This document shows, piece by piece, positions 49,940-60,652 of a stretch of 64,000 nucleotides of DNA. The DNA is from Promethearchaeota archaeon. GTDB lineage: Archaea; Asgardarchaeota; Heimdallarchaeia; Hodarchaeales; Hodarchaeaceae. The position numbers were made by a program, and so were the translations under genes. The notes under the pieces are model-generated. The model was not told the DNA's origin. It saw only the letters and a list, made by a program, of their open reading frames with translations, and did not search any database. Positions within the stretch are counted from its first letter, which is position 1. Every line of letters starts with the position of its first letter. The DNA lies in NCBI GenBank assembly GCA_048938105.1, contig JBHLMN010000002.1:192001-256000 (forward strand), written 5' to 3'.

Positions 49940-52900
49940 GTGGGTCATCTCAAAAAGATCGTTATGTGTCTTCTAATTCTTATTCCTATGACAAACTTAA
50001 CATTCCTCTTCTCCCCACTTTGTATAAAGACATTAGAATCTTTAAATGTCTATTCAGGTACCAATTATAATAACTCTATTTTGAATGACAATAAACAAGA
50101 AATGTTTCAATTTGTACCTGAATTGAGAAATAAATCGCTAATTTCGTCAGCTGAAAAGAGACCTAGCTATAATTTAGATAGTAACTTCAATCTAACCATA
50201 TTAAAACCTATTAATAATGGCACAAAATCAGAAATTCCATCTGAAAATCCTCTGGGAGTTATTCATTGGCAATTAGTCTCTGATGATAATGATAGTTCTT
50301 TTATTATTGAGAATTATTCTACAGCTACTTCTTATACAGATACATACCAATCCCAAAATATCACTGGTATCTCTGGTATTATCAACTCTGTATCATTAAA
50401 TATACGCGTTCGAACTAGTATGTCTTTTGCTAATGCTCGAGCTTGGACAGTATTACACACATATGATAAAGAATTCATTGGATCTTTGAATGAACCATCT
50501 ACTAGTTGGAATAATTATTCAACGAATTATCTGACTAATCCCAATACTTTATCAAAATGGACATGGGATGAAGTCAATACAATGGAGGTAGGAGTAAGGT
50601 TACGAGCGTTACCACAGCAAGATAGAGAATGTTGGTGTTCTGAAGTCTGGATTGAAGTTAATTATACCCAAATAAATGATGTAGATCCTCCATTAATTAT
50701 AGATCACGGAGTAGATGATTTGGGGAATGGTACAGGCATTTTTTGGGCTGATATTAGAGACGATTTATCTAGTGTGGATACAGCATATATCTCAATTAAT
50801 GGTACCGAACATTCAATGATAAATAACGGATCGTGTTGGTTATTTCAAACCTCAGTTTTGTTTAAGAAATATTATCAATTTCAAATTACGAATTCTTCAG
50901 ATTCCAATGGGAATTATATTGACTCTCCTTCAAACCCTAAGTATTATTCATTTGACAAGGACATCGTTACTCCTGTCATAGATACTCCAGTCTATTGTCC
51001 AACACTTGGGGATAATGGGACCTTCAAAGTAAATGTAAGCGACCCTTGGGGGGAATTAGATACTGTAATTATCAATGTTACTATTGCTGCAGGTGTACCA
51101 CAACAAAATTTATGGTGTGTAATGGAAAATACAGACTTTGGATATATGACTAATGCTTTGATAATTAACAAAGGTATTTTTCATTATTTTATAATTGCTA
51201 ATGACACAAAAGAGAATATAGGTATTTCTAATGAAATAATTTCAAATGTACCAAATCATTTCCCTGAAATTACAGATCTACAACTTTCAAGCGATAAAGA
51301 TCATTATAAGGATCTTATTCATAGTAATGATACTCTTTATGTTCAATATAATTTTTATGATCGTGACGGTGACAATGAAGGAGGGACTGAAATACACTGG
51401 TATAAAAACGGCGTTCTACAGCCCCTTCACAATGATTCTCGCCAAATTCCAGCCTCTTATTTGGTTAAAAATGATCAGTGGTTTGTTACAGTTAAACCAA
51501 GGGATGGATATAATTATGGGATTGAGCTAACTTCTAACACCACATTAATTCTTAATGTTCCTCCAAGGGTGTACAATTATTCATATGTTTTTAATTCAAA
51601 TTGCAGTAATATTTTTCCAGATTTAAGATCTACTTTATCAGGACAAGTTTTCTTTATCGAAGATGAGATTATTTCACTTCTATATGAGTTTGAGGATAGT
51701 GATCAACCTATAGATTCTGATCAATCAAGGATTCAATGGTTCTGCAGATTAGAAACTAGTGAATGGGAGGAAGTCTTAGATTATCAAAATAAAACATCTA
51801 TACCCCCCTCTGAAATATTAGTAGGGGAGTACTGGAAGTGTAAAATCACTCCTTATGATGGTATCGATCTTGGAAAAAGTGTCGATCTGAATGAAATTTT
51901 GATCGAAAGTCGTCCAGATATTTTGAGTCACAATGTACAACCTATAATAATTGATGACAAGGGTAATTTCCTTGATGAAGGAAATTTTAGATTTCAGGTA
52001 GTAACATCCAGTCTAAACCCAATTATTAGTGTAGAATTCTTAATTAATGATTCTTCAGGAGTTATTTATTATGCTCAAAGAAGTCCAAATAATGATTCAA
52101 TGTGGATTTTAGATTACAACTTACCCCTAAACGAATTTTGTGATAATTATCTAGCAAAAACTCTCATAACCAAAGTAAGAGTGTGTAGTTTTCTAGATTA
52201 TCAAGACCAAGAGTATATGATATATGCTGATTATACCTTTTCTTTTCAAGTTGAAGACAGATGCCCCCCTCGTGTTGTTGGGAATCCAAGTATTATCTTT
52301 AATGATAACATTAATCCTACCAATATAACATTTCTTTCAAATATAGTCGATTATGGATCTAAAATTGAATCTGTATGTCTTTACTACTATTTTAGAGAAA
52401 TTAATGAAAATGAAATAACATTAGCCGGTAGTGGTGCTTGTTTTCAACAAAATGACATTGTAGAATGGCAGGCTGTAAATATGTCACTCCTCTCAGTCAA
52501 TATGACCAATAATATTCATACATATTCTGTAACTGTCCCATTTGAGCATAATAATACATCTAAAGCAATAATTTTCTGTATTAAAACCACTGATAGCAGT
52601 GGTAACACTGGAATTCCTTTTAATATACTTAATGATACAGATAGGATCATAGAATTTCATTTTGAAAAAGAAACCATGCAATTTGATCCAATATTAATCG
52701 CAATAATTATTGGTTTCTCAATTATCTTAACAATTATTGGATCAATAATATACTTCAGAATCTTCAGGAAACCTGAATTGATTGGTTTGGATAAAGAATT
52801 AGTACTTAATCAAATCTCTGAAGTTAGTGAATCAGAAACACTGGAATTCCTTGATATTCATACAATCGGGATAGTAATAGCTTTTTTTGATCAGCAACGT

Positions 52901-53341
52901 GGCCCAATTCCAATAATTATAATCCCTGAGATATTAAAGGATAATTTTTCCAAATTGATCGAATTAGCTGACAGATCTTTTGGCGCTATAGGTGACATTC
53001 AAGACTTTGAGGGAGAAATAGCTTCAAATTTTGACTTTCTATTATCAAAAGACCTTCTTCTCAAGTCAATATGTTTTGGTTTTACTTTACAACGACCTCA
53101 AGCGAGGGGAGGCAAAGAGAATCTAACATTGAATGTTCTGATATATCAAGATGTATTTCCATTAATTGTTCAATTTCTTGACGAAATCCATGAGAAAGTA
53201 GAAGTTGTTCATAAGTTAATGGATAATGAAAATTCAGAGAAAAATTTGATTACAAGGAAGATTATTGCAGTCAGGAAGTTTATCTCAAAAATAATCTTAG
53301 CGTATGAGAACATTTATGGCACTAAGGATCTTCTGAAGTAA
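49940..53341 (+). CDS. Single-pass membrane protein with a large Ig-like ectodomain and a cytoplasmic longin/uDENN-like domain
   Basis: Signal peptide, Ig-like repeats (DRDGDNEGGTEIHWYKNG), TM helix PILIAIIIGFSIILTIIGSIIYF, then FFDQQRGPIP and RPQARGGKE. Confidence 0.75.
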   Translation: MGHLKKIVMCLLILIPMTNLTFLFSPLCIKTLESLNVYSGTNYNNSILNDNKQEMFQFVPELRNKSLISSAEKRPSYNLDSNFNLTILKPINNGTKSEIPSENPLGVIHWQLVSDDNDSSFIIENYSTATSYTDTYQSQNITGISGIINSVSLNIRVRTSMSFANARAWTVLHTYDKEFIGSLNEPSTSWNNYSTNYLTNPNTLSKWTWDEVNTMEVGVRLRALPQQDRECWCSEVWIEVNYTQINDVDPPLIIDHGVDDLGNGTGIFWADIRDDLSSVDTAYISINGTEHSMINNGSCWLFQTSVLFKKYYQFQITNSSDSNGNYIDSPSNPKYYSFDKDIVTPVIDTPVYCPTLGDNGTFKVNVSDPWGELDTVIINVTIAAGVPQQNLWCVMENTDFGYMTNALIINKGIFHYFIIANDTKENIGISNEIISNVPNHFPEITDLQLSSDKDHYKDLIHSNDTLYVQYNFYDRDGDNEGGTEIHWYKNGVLQPLHNDSRQIPASYLVKNDQWFVTVKPRDGYNYGIELTSNTTLILNVPPRVYNYSYVFNSNCSNIFPDLRSTLSGQVFFIEDEIISLLYEFEDSDQPIDSDQSRIQWFCRLETSEWEEVLDYQNKTSIPPSEILVGEYWKCKITPYDGIDLGKSVDLNEILIESRPDILSHNVQPIIIDDKGNFLDEGNFRFQVVTSSLNPIISVEFLINDSSGVIYYAQRSPNNDSMWILDYNLPLNEFCDNYLAKTLITKVRVCSFLDYQDQEYMIYADYTFSFQVEDRCPPRVVGNPSIIFNDNINPTNITFLSNIVDYGSKIESVCLYYYFREINENEITLAGSGACFQQNDIVEWQAVNMSLLSVNMTNNIHTYSVTVPFEHNNTSKAIIFCIKTTDSSGNTGIPFNILNDTDRIIEFHFEKETMQFDPILIAIIIGFSIILTIIGSIIYFRIFRKPELIGLDKELVLNQISEVSESETLEFLDIHTIGIVIAFFDQQRGPIPIIIIPEILKDNFSKLIELADRSFGAIGDIQDFEGEIASNFDFLLSKDLLLKSICFGFTLQRPQARGGKENLTLNVLIYQDVFPLIVQFLDEIHEKVEVVHKLMDNENSEKNLITRKIIAVRKFISKIILAYENIYGTKDLLK

Positions 53342-53603
53342 AAGAAGATGTGTAATCCTTAGACTAGGTTTAGAGTTTTAGCTGAGGAAGACTTCAAAAA
53401 ATCCAAAATTGGTTTACATTGTAAATAACTCATTAATACTAAGATCCTACCATATCTTCGGGATTATTCGGAAAAAAGATCAGAATACCTTAGTAGAAAA
53501 AGTAATCCCCACATTAAAATAAACACCAATAGTTTAAGTACTAAAATATCTGAGTACTAATCCCCAATGTTTGGGGATAGTTTCATACTAGGAGTTAGAT
53601 TAT

Positions 53604-55664
53604 TTGACTAGGTATGCAGAAGTTCAACTTGACATTGAAAGTTTAAAGTTCGGAGTCAGTGGGATAGTTTCCAAATTCTTTGAAAAGAGTTCTAGTAGAG
53701 AATCAACAGCGCTAATAGGCTCATTTATCAGTAATTATTATTCTGCTCTAGAAAAATATGAGGAAGAAGACACTAATGATTTTTTAAAGCTCCGACGGTT
53801 AATCACTGAATTTAAACCTGCTTTATCATCTGTGTTACAGCCCGGAGAAGAATTTGATGGCCTTTGTGAGTCGGTAATCCCTCTTTTCAATGTAATGTTG
53901 GATAGTGCTAAACAACAAATCATGGGAGAGTCTTCCCAATCCAAAACAAAGGGACCAATGATACCAGGGAGTGATCAATCAACCGATATTCGATATTATT
54001 GCACAGTATGTAAGCAAAAGTTTGATATTTCCCAAAAAGTGAAAATACAACTGCTAAACTCGGTTGAAAATGTGGAAATCCCCAAACATCACGGAAAGGA
54101 AATGAAGATCATGATTGTTCGGCTTGAGGATACTACCCCTCTTCAGGACGACAATATTTCAGTTGACACTAAGTTGGATGAATCCAAGTTTTCTGCTGCA
54201 GTTCTAATGGGTCATTTTCCCTCCCTTGAATCTAATGTTGAGTATCTGAAACTATTAAGTGTCGGAATCGATGTAGGGTCTTCCACTTCTCATCTTGTCT
54301 TTTCTAAGATTACATTAAAACGAGAACAAAGTTTTTTTAATCCCTCAAATCGTTTTTTTCCAATTAATCGTGAATTAATTTATGAAGGACGGATTATTTT
54401 TACTCCTCTCTCTAGTTCCAACACTATAGATATTGAATCGGTTGTAAACTTTATTCATGAGGAATATAAGAAAGCTAATATTAAACCCAATATGGTGGAT
54501 ACTGGTGCTGTGATTGTCACTGGAGAGGCAGCTAGAAAACAGAATGCTGCAGAGATCGTGAATCTAATATCTTCTGAAACGGGAAAATTCGTAAGTGCAA
54601 CTGCAGGGCCGAATTTTGAAGCTCTTCTTGGAGCTATAGGAAGTGGTATTGTTAAATACTCTCAAATAATTCTGCATACGATAATGAATGTAGATGTCGG
54701 GGGAGGTTCATGTAAGCTCTCAATTATATCAAACGGGTATATTCATAGTACTGCAGGCATAAGAGTAGGTGGTCGATTGCTGGGAATAGATAAGAAATTC
54801 AAGATCTGGAGGATAGATGAACCCAGTTATTTTCTAATGGAGGAGCTAAAAATGAATTACCAGCTGGGGGACATCATATCAGAAAAAGATGTGAGAATTA
54901 TTGCTAAAAAATATGCAGAAATATTACTTGAAGTAATGAGAGGGCCAGCGAAAAGTAACATCGCAAAGAAATTGATGTTAACCGATAATCTTGATTTTAC
55001 CATACCTATCGATGAATACTCATTTTCAGGTGGAGTTGCAGAGATGATTTATGGAAGTTTAAAGGAATATAATGACATTGGTAACTATCTTGCTCAAGAA
55101 ATACAGAATCTCATGAATAGTCTGAATTTGCCTATAGTAGAGCCTGATAATAAAATTAGAGCAACTGTTATTGGTGCTGGAGCATTTACTCTATCAATAT
55201 CTGGTTCAACCTGTTTTGTAGATGAAAATATCAAACTTCCAGTCTTTAATGTGCCAGTTATCCCTGTTAATGTCACATATGAGAATTTTAGCACACAAAA
55301 AGTTGAGGAAGAAGTAAGCCGATCTTTCAAGAATTTCGATTTTGAGGAAGGTGAAGATTTGGTTGCCTTGTATTTTACACGACCAATCTTATCCTCAAGT
55401 GAAAGGTTGCTAATATTTGCCAAAGCTCTAGAAACTGCACTTCCAAACTCTGCTGCAAATAAAAAGATGATAATCCTACTCTTCGGAATGGACATTGCTA
55501 GAATCCTTGCAACCATCATCCGTCGCGAAACTTCGATCAAGACAAATCTCATTTGTCTCGATGAGTTAGTCTTGAAGGTAGGTGACTGGATAGATATCGG
55601 AGCTCCCCTCCATAATGGTGAAGCTTATCCTGTTACTATCAAAAGTTTAATTTTTAAGAGATAA
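53604..55664 (+). CDS. eutA: EutA-family (ethanolamine ammonia-lyase reactivase-like) ASKHA ATPase with an N-terminal extension
   Basis: LSVGIDVGSSTSHLVFS, DTGAVIVTGEAA..QNA, ATAGPNFEA, DVGGG, FSGGVAE, IRATVIGAG, GDWIDIG..PVTIKSL. Confidence 0.8.
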   Translation: MTRYAEVQLDIESLKFGVSGIVSKFFEKSSSRESTALIGSFISNYYSALEKYEEEDTNDFLKLRRLITEFKPALSSVLQPGEEFDGLCESVIPLFNVMLDSAKQQIMGESSQSKTKGPMIPGSDQSTDIRYYCTVCKQKFDISQKVKIQLLNSVENVEIPKHHGKEMKIMIVRLEDTTPLQDDNISVDTKLDESKFSAAVLMGHFPSLESNVEYLKLLSVGIDVGSSTSHLVFSKITLKREQSFFNPSNRFFPINRELIYEGRIIFTPLSSSNTIDIESVVNFIHEEYKKANIKPNMVDTGAVIVTGEAARKQNAAEIVNLISSETGKFVSATAGPNFEALLGAIGSGIVKYSQIILHTIMNVDVGGGSCKLSIISNGYIHSTAGIRVGGRLLGIDKKFKIWRIDEPSYFLMEELKMNYQLGDIISEKDVRIIAKKYAEILLEVMRGPAKSNIAKKLMLTDNLDFTIPIDEYSFSGGVAEMIYGSLKEYNDIGNYLAQEIQNLMNSLNLPIVEPDNKIRATVIGAGAFTLSISGSTCFVDENIKLPVFNVPVIPVNVTYENFSTQKVEEEVSRSFKNFDFEEGEDLVALYFTRPILSSSERLLIFAKALETALPNSAANKKMIILLFGMDIARILATIIRRETSIKTNLICLDELVLKVGDWIDIGAPLHNGEAYPVTIKSLIFKR

Positions 55665-55847
55665 GATGCATTTGGATCGCGGTCTAGAGATATTTGTACA
55701 AATTGAGTGTTCTAAGAATTGATTTTAAAATTTCTATCACTCCTTTGATTTAGTGGTTTGGTTTAGATTACATTTTCCACAGTATTTTCTTTCCTTAATG
55801 GAAAAACATATATATTGAAATTATTGTATTATAGATAGTTATATAGA

Positions 55848-56213
55848 TTGTTAAAATATAGAGGGTTCATAATGATTAATATCGATCGTTGGGAAGCTGG
55901 CTATCGTAAGGGATTTGCGAAGCCAACTATACTTCAAATACTTCTTGATGAAGGAGAAAGCTATCCTTACAAGTTGACAAAGCAGATTCCTAAGCGAACA
56001 CAGGGGATGTTAACAATGGCTTCTTCTAACATTTATCCTATACTTAAAGACCTGAAAGATGAAGGATTGATTCAGGTAACAGGAGAGAAAGAACGCAAAG
56101 TCATGTACGGACTTACAAAAGAAGGCCAGACCTTTCTAACGGAATTACAAGAATCAATAACTGAGTTTCTTACCATTATGCTAGCAAATTTTAGTAAAGG
56201 AAAAAGAGGATGA
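55848..56213 (+). CDS. PadR-family transcriptional regulator
   Basis: RKG...ILQIL...ESYPY, IYPILKDL..EGLI, RKV.YGLTKEG. Confidence 0.9.
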   Translation: MLKYRGFIMINIDRWEAGYRKGFAKPTILQILLDEGESYPYKLTKQIPKRTQGMLTMASSNIYPILKDLKDEGLIQVTGEKERKVMYGLTKEGQTFLTELQESITEFLTIMLANFSKGKRG

Positions 56214-56219
56214 AAGGAA

Positions 56220-56924
56220 ATGAATGACAAATTACCTTCAATAGATTCTTATATACAAAAAATTGATTATTGGCTTCTTTATCCTAAAACAAAAAAGAAA
56301 ATAGTCTTGGATAGATTAAAGGCGGAAATTATAGAGGCCATTCAAGACACAGAGAAAAAAGATCCTGTAGAAGCATTTGGTAACCCCTATCAAGTTGCAA
56401 AAGATGTTAGTTTGGGTCAGGATTGGGATATAGAGCGATCAAGTTATTCTGATAGAATAGTGGCATTTATGATTGATACATTCATACAGATAATCGGAAT
56501 TTTGATGGGTGTCTTTATTTGGATGAGAGCTGTGCTATCTCCTAATTATTTTGCTACTGGACATATAGTAACATTTGCTTTGGTCACATTATTTTTCTTT
56601 CTAATTCCGTATGTACTAATCTTGGATGTAGGCTATTTTATTATCTTTGAGAAAATTACAAGTAAAACACCAGGTAAAGCCTTGTTAGGATTAACTGTTT
56701 GTGATGTATCCGGGGTTCGAATAACCTGGTCACAAGCAATTATACGTAATTTAACTAAGGTTGAGTCTACCATACTGTTATTTGAAGTTATAATCGGAAT
56801 TGCTCAAAAAACTGACTTTCAAAGACCATTGGATGTCTTGGCCAACACTATCGTAATTAGAAAGAGATTCAGAAATCCAGCTGGGGAACATAATGCAAAT
56901 CAACATTCCAATGATCAAATTTAA
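56220..56924 (+). CDS. HAAS-like plus RDD-domain membrane protein (PadR partner)
   Basis: AFGNPYQVAK (HAAS-like), RIVAFMID, TPGKALLGL.V, AIIRN, QRPLDVLANTIV. Confidence 0.85.
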   Translation: MNDKLPSIDSYIQKIDYWLLYPKTKKKIVLDRLKAEIIEAIQDTEKKDPVEAFGNPYQVAKDVSLGQDWDIERSSYSDRIVAFMIDTFIQIIGILMGVFIWMRAVLSPNYFATGHIVTFALVTLFFFLIPYVLILDVGYFIIFEKITSKTPGKALLGLTVCDVSGVRITWSQAIIRNLTKVESTILLFEVIIGIAQKTDFQRPLDVLANTIVIRKRFRNPAGEHNANQHSNDQI

Positions 56925-57005
56925 ATGATAATAAAAGAATTAAACCACTATTTCATTTTTATTCTCAAAGTTTAGAATAGAGGAATCACACCTCTGATTA
57001 GATTA

Positions 57006-57611
57006 TTATCTCCTTTTCCTGGTTAAATCCACCCCCTCTTTAAGAGCAACTTCAGTAAGGATAGTCTTGAGTATTTTTGCTTGAGTTTTAGCATCGTTTG
57101 ATTTGATATTCTTTATTTTTCGGGTTATATCCTCCAATGAGTTCTCCAAACTTGTTAAATCAAGTAATGCTGCCGCTTTACAATAAAAGCTTTTTGATCT
57201 TCCATCATTATATTTGTCTAACATAGTTTCAAGTAATCTAATTCGTTTTTCTTGTTGATCTATGAAAATCTTTACTCCATATTCTTTTATAAACTTTAAA
57301 TTTGACATAATTTTTCTATCTGGTGGATAAGAGGAAGATAGTTCCAATTGCAGGTATTCTTCATCACTTTTGAATTTCGAACATGGAAATTCAGGACATT
57401 CAGCACAAACTTCGAGTTTTTTTTTCTTGACACAACATGTTATGAAGGAACATGAAGGATGTTTGTTAAAGAAGTCAGGACCACAGCACCCAGGACATCT
57501 TGAAGGGCCTTCAGTATAGTATCTTGGACATAAGCCACAATCAAGACCACACACACCAATTGATGGATAGGTTTTTGTGAGTTTATTTCTCATATTGGAA
57601 CTCTTCAGCAT
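57006..57611 (-). CDS. DUF3795 Cys-rich protein
   Basis: GVCGLDCGLC...CPGC...C.FITCC...CAECPEFPC, DGRSKSFYC. Confidence 0.8.
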   Translation of the reverse strand: MLKSSNMRNKLTKTYPSIGVCGLDCGLCPRYYTEGPSRCPGCCGPDFFNKHPSCSFITCCVKKKKLEVCAECPEFPCSKFKSDEEYLQLELSSSYPPDRKIMSNLKFIKEYGVKIFIDQQEKRIRLLETMLDKYNDGRSKSFYCKAAALLDLTSLENSLEDITRKIKNIKSNDAKTQAKILKTILTEVALKEGVDLTRKRR

Positions 57612-57672
57612 CTTGTCTTATTATACTTAACAAATTATATTATTATTATAATTAATTATTAAGATTAGGATT

Positions 57673-58356
57673 TTACCATATCCTCGGGATTACTCGGTAA
57701 CGAACTTTTTGCATATAGTCTTTATAACCATCGAGTTCTTTAATCAAAGTCTTTTCTTCAAATAAGATTCTTGGAATAAAACAGATTAAGAATAATATTC
57801 CAGGTATTAAAGCTACAAGAGAACCAAGAGCAAAAGGTATACTCAATACAAAGAGGAGGTTGCCTAAGTACATTGGATGTCGGACATAAGAATAAGGCCC
57901 TGTAGATATAACTACTTGTTTTTCTTGGACCTCAATAACACGGGATAAGTAAGTATTTTCCTTTGTCACAAGCATAAAGAGAATTAATGAACATATTAAG
58001 GTTGAAAAACCAAGATATTTGAATAAAGATGGTACAAGTGTAGATGTCCATTGAAATCGACCAACATCAAGACCTATCAGAATGAACATCATAAAAAGGA
58101 ATATTCCAGCTAAAAAAAGGATGAGGGTATCAAAACCAAAAACTGGTTTGTAGTGCTGTCTAGACTTTAATGTTGTCAGATTATTTTTGAAAATTAAGAA
58201 GTGAAGAGCTATTCCATAGGTTAGAAGAACGATGATAAAAGCCCATGCTTCAGGCCAATCTAATGTGCCAGCTGGTATGAATAATAATAAAAAAAATAGA
58301 CTAAAACCAACGATCAATCTGATAAGCATATTTACGATGAAGTTAATTTGTACCAT
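57673..58356 (-). CDS. ICMT/PEMT-family membrane methyltransferase
   Basis: QVVISTGPYSYVRHPMYLG, RILFEEKTL..EL.GY.DY..KVRYRVIP. Confidence 0.88.
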   Translation of the reverse strand: MVQINFIVNMLIRLIVGFSLFFLLLFIPAGTLDWPEAWAFIIVLLTYGIALHFLIFKNNLTTLKSRQHYKPVFGFDTLILFLAGIFLFMMFILIGLDVGRFQWTSTLVPSLFKYLGFSTLICSLILFMLVTKENTYLSRVIEVQEKQVVISTGPYSYVRHPMYLGNLLFVLSIPFALGSLVALIPGILFLICFIPRILFEEKTLIKELDGYKDYMQKVRYRVIPRIW

Positions 58357-58509
58357 TGTGTTTGAACTGGTATTCTTTTACTATAAAATATCCTATCCAT
58401 ATTCTGATTTGAAAAGGTGGGGAATTTAATTACAAAAAGGCAATATAATCAAATCATTTCAGAACAGTAACTTGATTCAATAGATTGATAAGTATCTTAT
58501 TTCGTTGTA

Positions 58510-59322
58510 TTATTCCTTTCTTGCCTTGAGTGTGAACATTAAAGGAATTTTTTGAAATTTATCTGGTACATACCACCATTTATCTTCTTTTTCTTTAAGG
58601 AATGGGAACATTTTCCATGAGACAAATGGATACTCATGAATGAACTCAATCTTCAATCCAGCTTCGATTAAGCTATTTACAATATAACCCATATTATGAA
58701 CCCATCCATATTCTTTCTTGTTTTGTAATTTTACTTCCTCATTTGCATATGATCCATCATAATCAAATTCGAGAGGTTCTTTTTCATGAAAATAAGGATA
58801 CCTAACAATCAGATCATTCTCACATTCATCATCAAAAATGTTCCCTGTAGGATGTGAATCTGCGATATAAAAGACTCCATTTGGTTTCAAAAAGTAAGAA
58901 ATAATTTTAGCCCATTTTTGAAGATCAGGTAACCAATATATAGCCCCATGACTTGTGAATATAACATCATAGCTAGCGGGTTTTAAAACACTTTTCTCTA
59001 GGTTGTAAATGTCTGAATGGATGAAAGTTGCCTCAATACCTATTTCCTTACTCAATTCTTGGGCAAGCTTAATTGCACGACTGGAAAAATCAACTCCTGT
59101 AACTTTTGCTCCAAGTCTAGCCCAAGATAAAGTGTCTTTTCCGAAATGGCATTGTAAATGTAATAATTTCTTTCCTTTCACATCCTCTACCTCCTTGATT
59201 TCAAGCTCACTGATCGAAATCCCTCCTTTTTTGAATTCTTTAACATTATAGAATTCACTTTTATAATGAACGTCAGCTAGTTCATCCCAGCGTTTTCTAT
59301 TAGCTTCAATATATTCTTTCAA
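58510..59322 (-). CDS. Class I SAM-dependent methyltransferase
   Basis: LLHLQCHFG.DT, TGVDFS, YDVIFTS.G...WLPDL, LKPNG. Confidence 0.9.
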   Translation of the reverse strand: MKEYIEANRKRWDELADVHYKSEFYNVKEFKKGGISISELEIKEVEDVKGKKLLHLQCHFGKDTLSWARLGAKVTGVDFSSRAIKLAQELSKEIGIEATFIHSDIYNLEKSVLKPASYDVIFTSHGAIYWLPDLQKWAKIISYFLKPNGVFYIADSHPTGNIFDDECENDLIVRYPYFHEKEPLEFDYDGSYANEEVKLQNKKEYGWVHNMGYIVNSLIEAGLKIEFIHEYPFVSWKMFPFLKEKEDKWWYVPDKFQKIPLMFTLKARKE

Positions 59323-59461
59323 CGTTTATCCAAACCAAGATATTAGTTATTATCGATGAAGAGTCTAATCACCTGGAATCAAAGAAACAATTTACGAAAT
59401 AATCAAGATAATCTTGAAAAAAAGGATTATCTTTGTGTGGTAGAAGGAATTTGAAATTAGG

Positions 59462-60532
59462 TTATTTTACAGATTTGGATACGTGATAATAATATCTTTT
59501 TTGTAATTGATTATCGATCCGATAAATACAATTCTTTCCATCAGCAATTCGATCTTCACAAAGATCGAGATTCTTTTCCTTTTCAAACATTTCTCGTAAT
59601 TCATTCCCGAAAGAAATTTCTCGTTCCCATATATCCCTTGCATTTCGTGTAAAATCAACCACTGTAAAGGATAAATCATTGTTTTTCAAAGCTTGGGCTA
59701 TTTTGGTTTGATTAGGTTTCAAAATATGTTGATGTTCTTTAGATTCGATAATTTGTGCGAAAAATATACCCAATTGCCCATTTGGTTCTAAAATTTCTTT
59801 TAACTTAGCTATGGTTGTCTCCAAGTTATCTATATTGGGTGGATAAAGAGTATCTATGGCATAAATAGCAGTAAAGGATGAAGATGGAAAAGAAAGGTCA
59901 TTAATATTACCTACCTGAAACTCTAGAACATCTTCGTCTGCTTCTGTGTTTGTTTTAGCCCATTGAATAAGTTGTTCGGCAAAATCGATTCCAGTGATCT
60001 TTGCGCCTGTTTTCACCTGAATGTATTCTGTTACTTTTCCCAATCCACATCCTAAGTCTAAAACTGAATCATGTGAATTTAGATTTAATGTCGATATGAG
60101 TGTATCTAATTGATCCATATCAAGAACATTGAACTGATAAAGGTTCTTTCCAAATACTTTTTCACAGAACAGGCCATATGCTTTACTTTTAGCACATCTG
60201 AGGAGATTATCATTATACCAGTCACTTATTTGTTTAGAACGAATTCTTTTTCCTACTTTGAATCCTATCTTTGTAAGCTTAAGCTCAGATCCATCATTAA
60301 AAATTAGAGTTTTCGCTATCAATGAATTAATTGTAGAATCGGAATCCACTTTCTTCTTAGAGATCATTTTAAGCTTTTTGATTCCTTCTACTGTAAGAGT
60401 AATCTTTAAACTTTCAGAAATTGTTATTTCATTTGTTTTAGGATCCTTCTCTCTTGATTCGAGTTCACTAATGATCCCTAAAACTATTTCTTCATCTTTT
60501 GTTAAATTCCTATATTCATTAGTAATTTCCAT
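59462..60532 (-). CDS. Class I SAM-dependent methyltransferase with an N-terminal winged-helix-like extension
   Basis: VLDLGCGLG, ITGIDFA, FTAIYAIDTLY; N-terminal INSLIAKTLI...LKLTKIG. Confidence 0.8.
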   Translation of the reverse strand: MEITNEYRNLTKDEEIVLGIISELESREKDPKTNEITISESLKITLTVEGIKKLKMISKKKVDSDSTINSLIAKTLIFNDGSELKLTKIGFKVGKRIRSKQISDWYNDNLLRCAKSKAYGLFCEKVFGKNLYQFNVLDMDQLDTLISTLNLNSHDSVLDLGCGLGKVTEYIQVKTGAKITGIDFAEQLIQWAKTNTEADEDVLEFQVGNINDLSFPSSSFTAIYAIDTLYPPNIDNLETTIAKLKEILEPNGQLGIFFAQIIESKEHQHILKPNQTKIAQALKNNDLSFTVVDFTRNARDIWEREISFGNELREMFEKEKNLDLCEDRIADGKNCIYRIDNQLQKRYYYHVSKSVK

Positions 60533-60652
60533 AGTAATTTCACTTTGTTTAAATTAAGGTAATTAAGAAGTATCAGTTCTGTTTTCATTATATACTAATT
60601 GAATTATGCAAAAAAACAATGAAAAGAATTACCTCGAATCTCATTAGAATGA

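Noticed and set aside
53538-53578. AGTACTA repeat and hairpin ATCCCCAA-TGT-TTGGGGAT upstream of eutA as a riboswitch or BHB
   Set aside because: A single 8-bp stem without cobalamin-riboswitch motifs or BHB geometry; possibly an operator, but unsupported.
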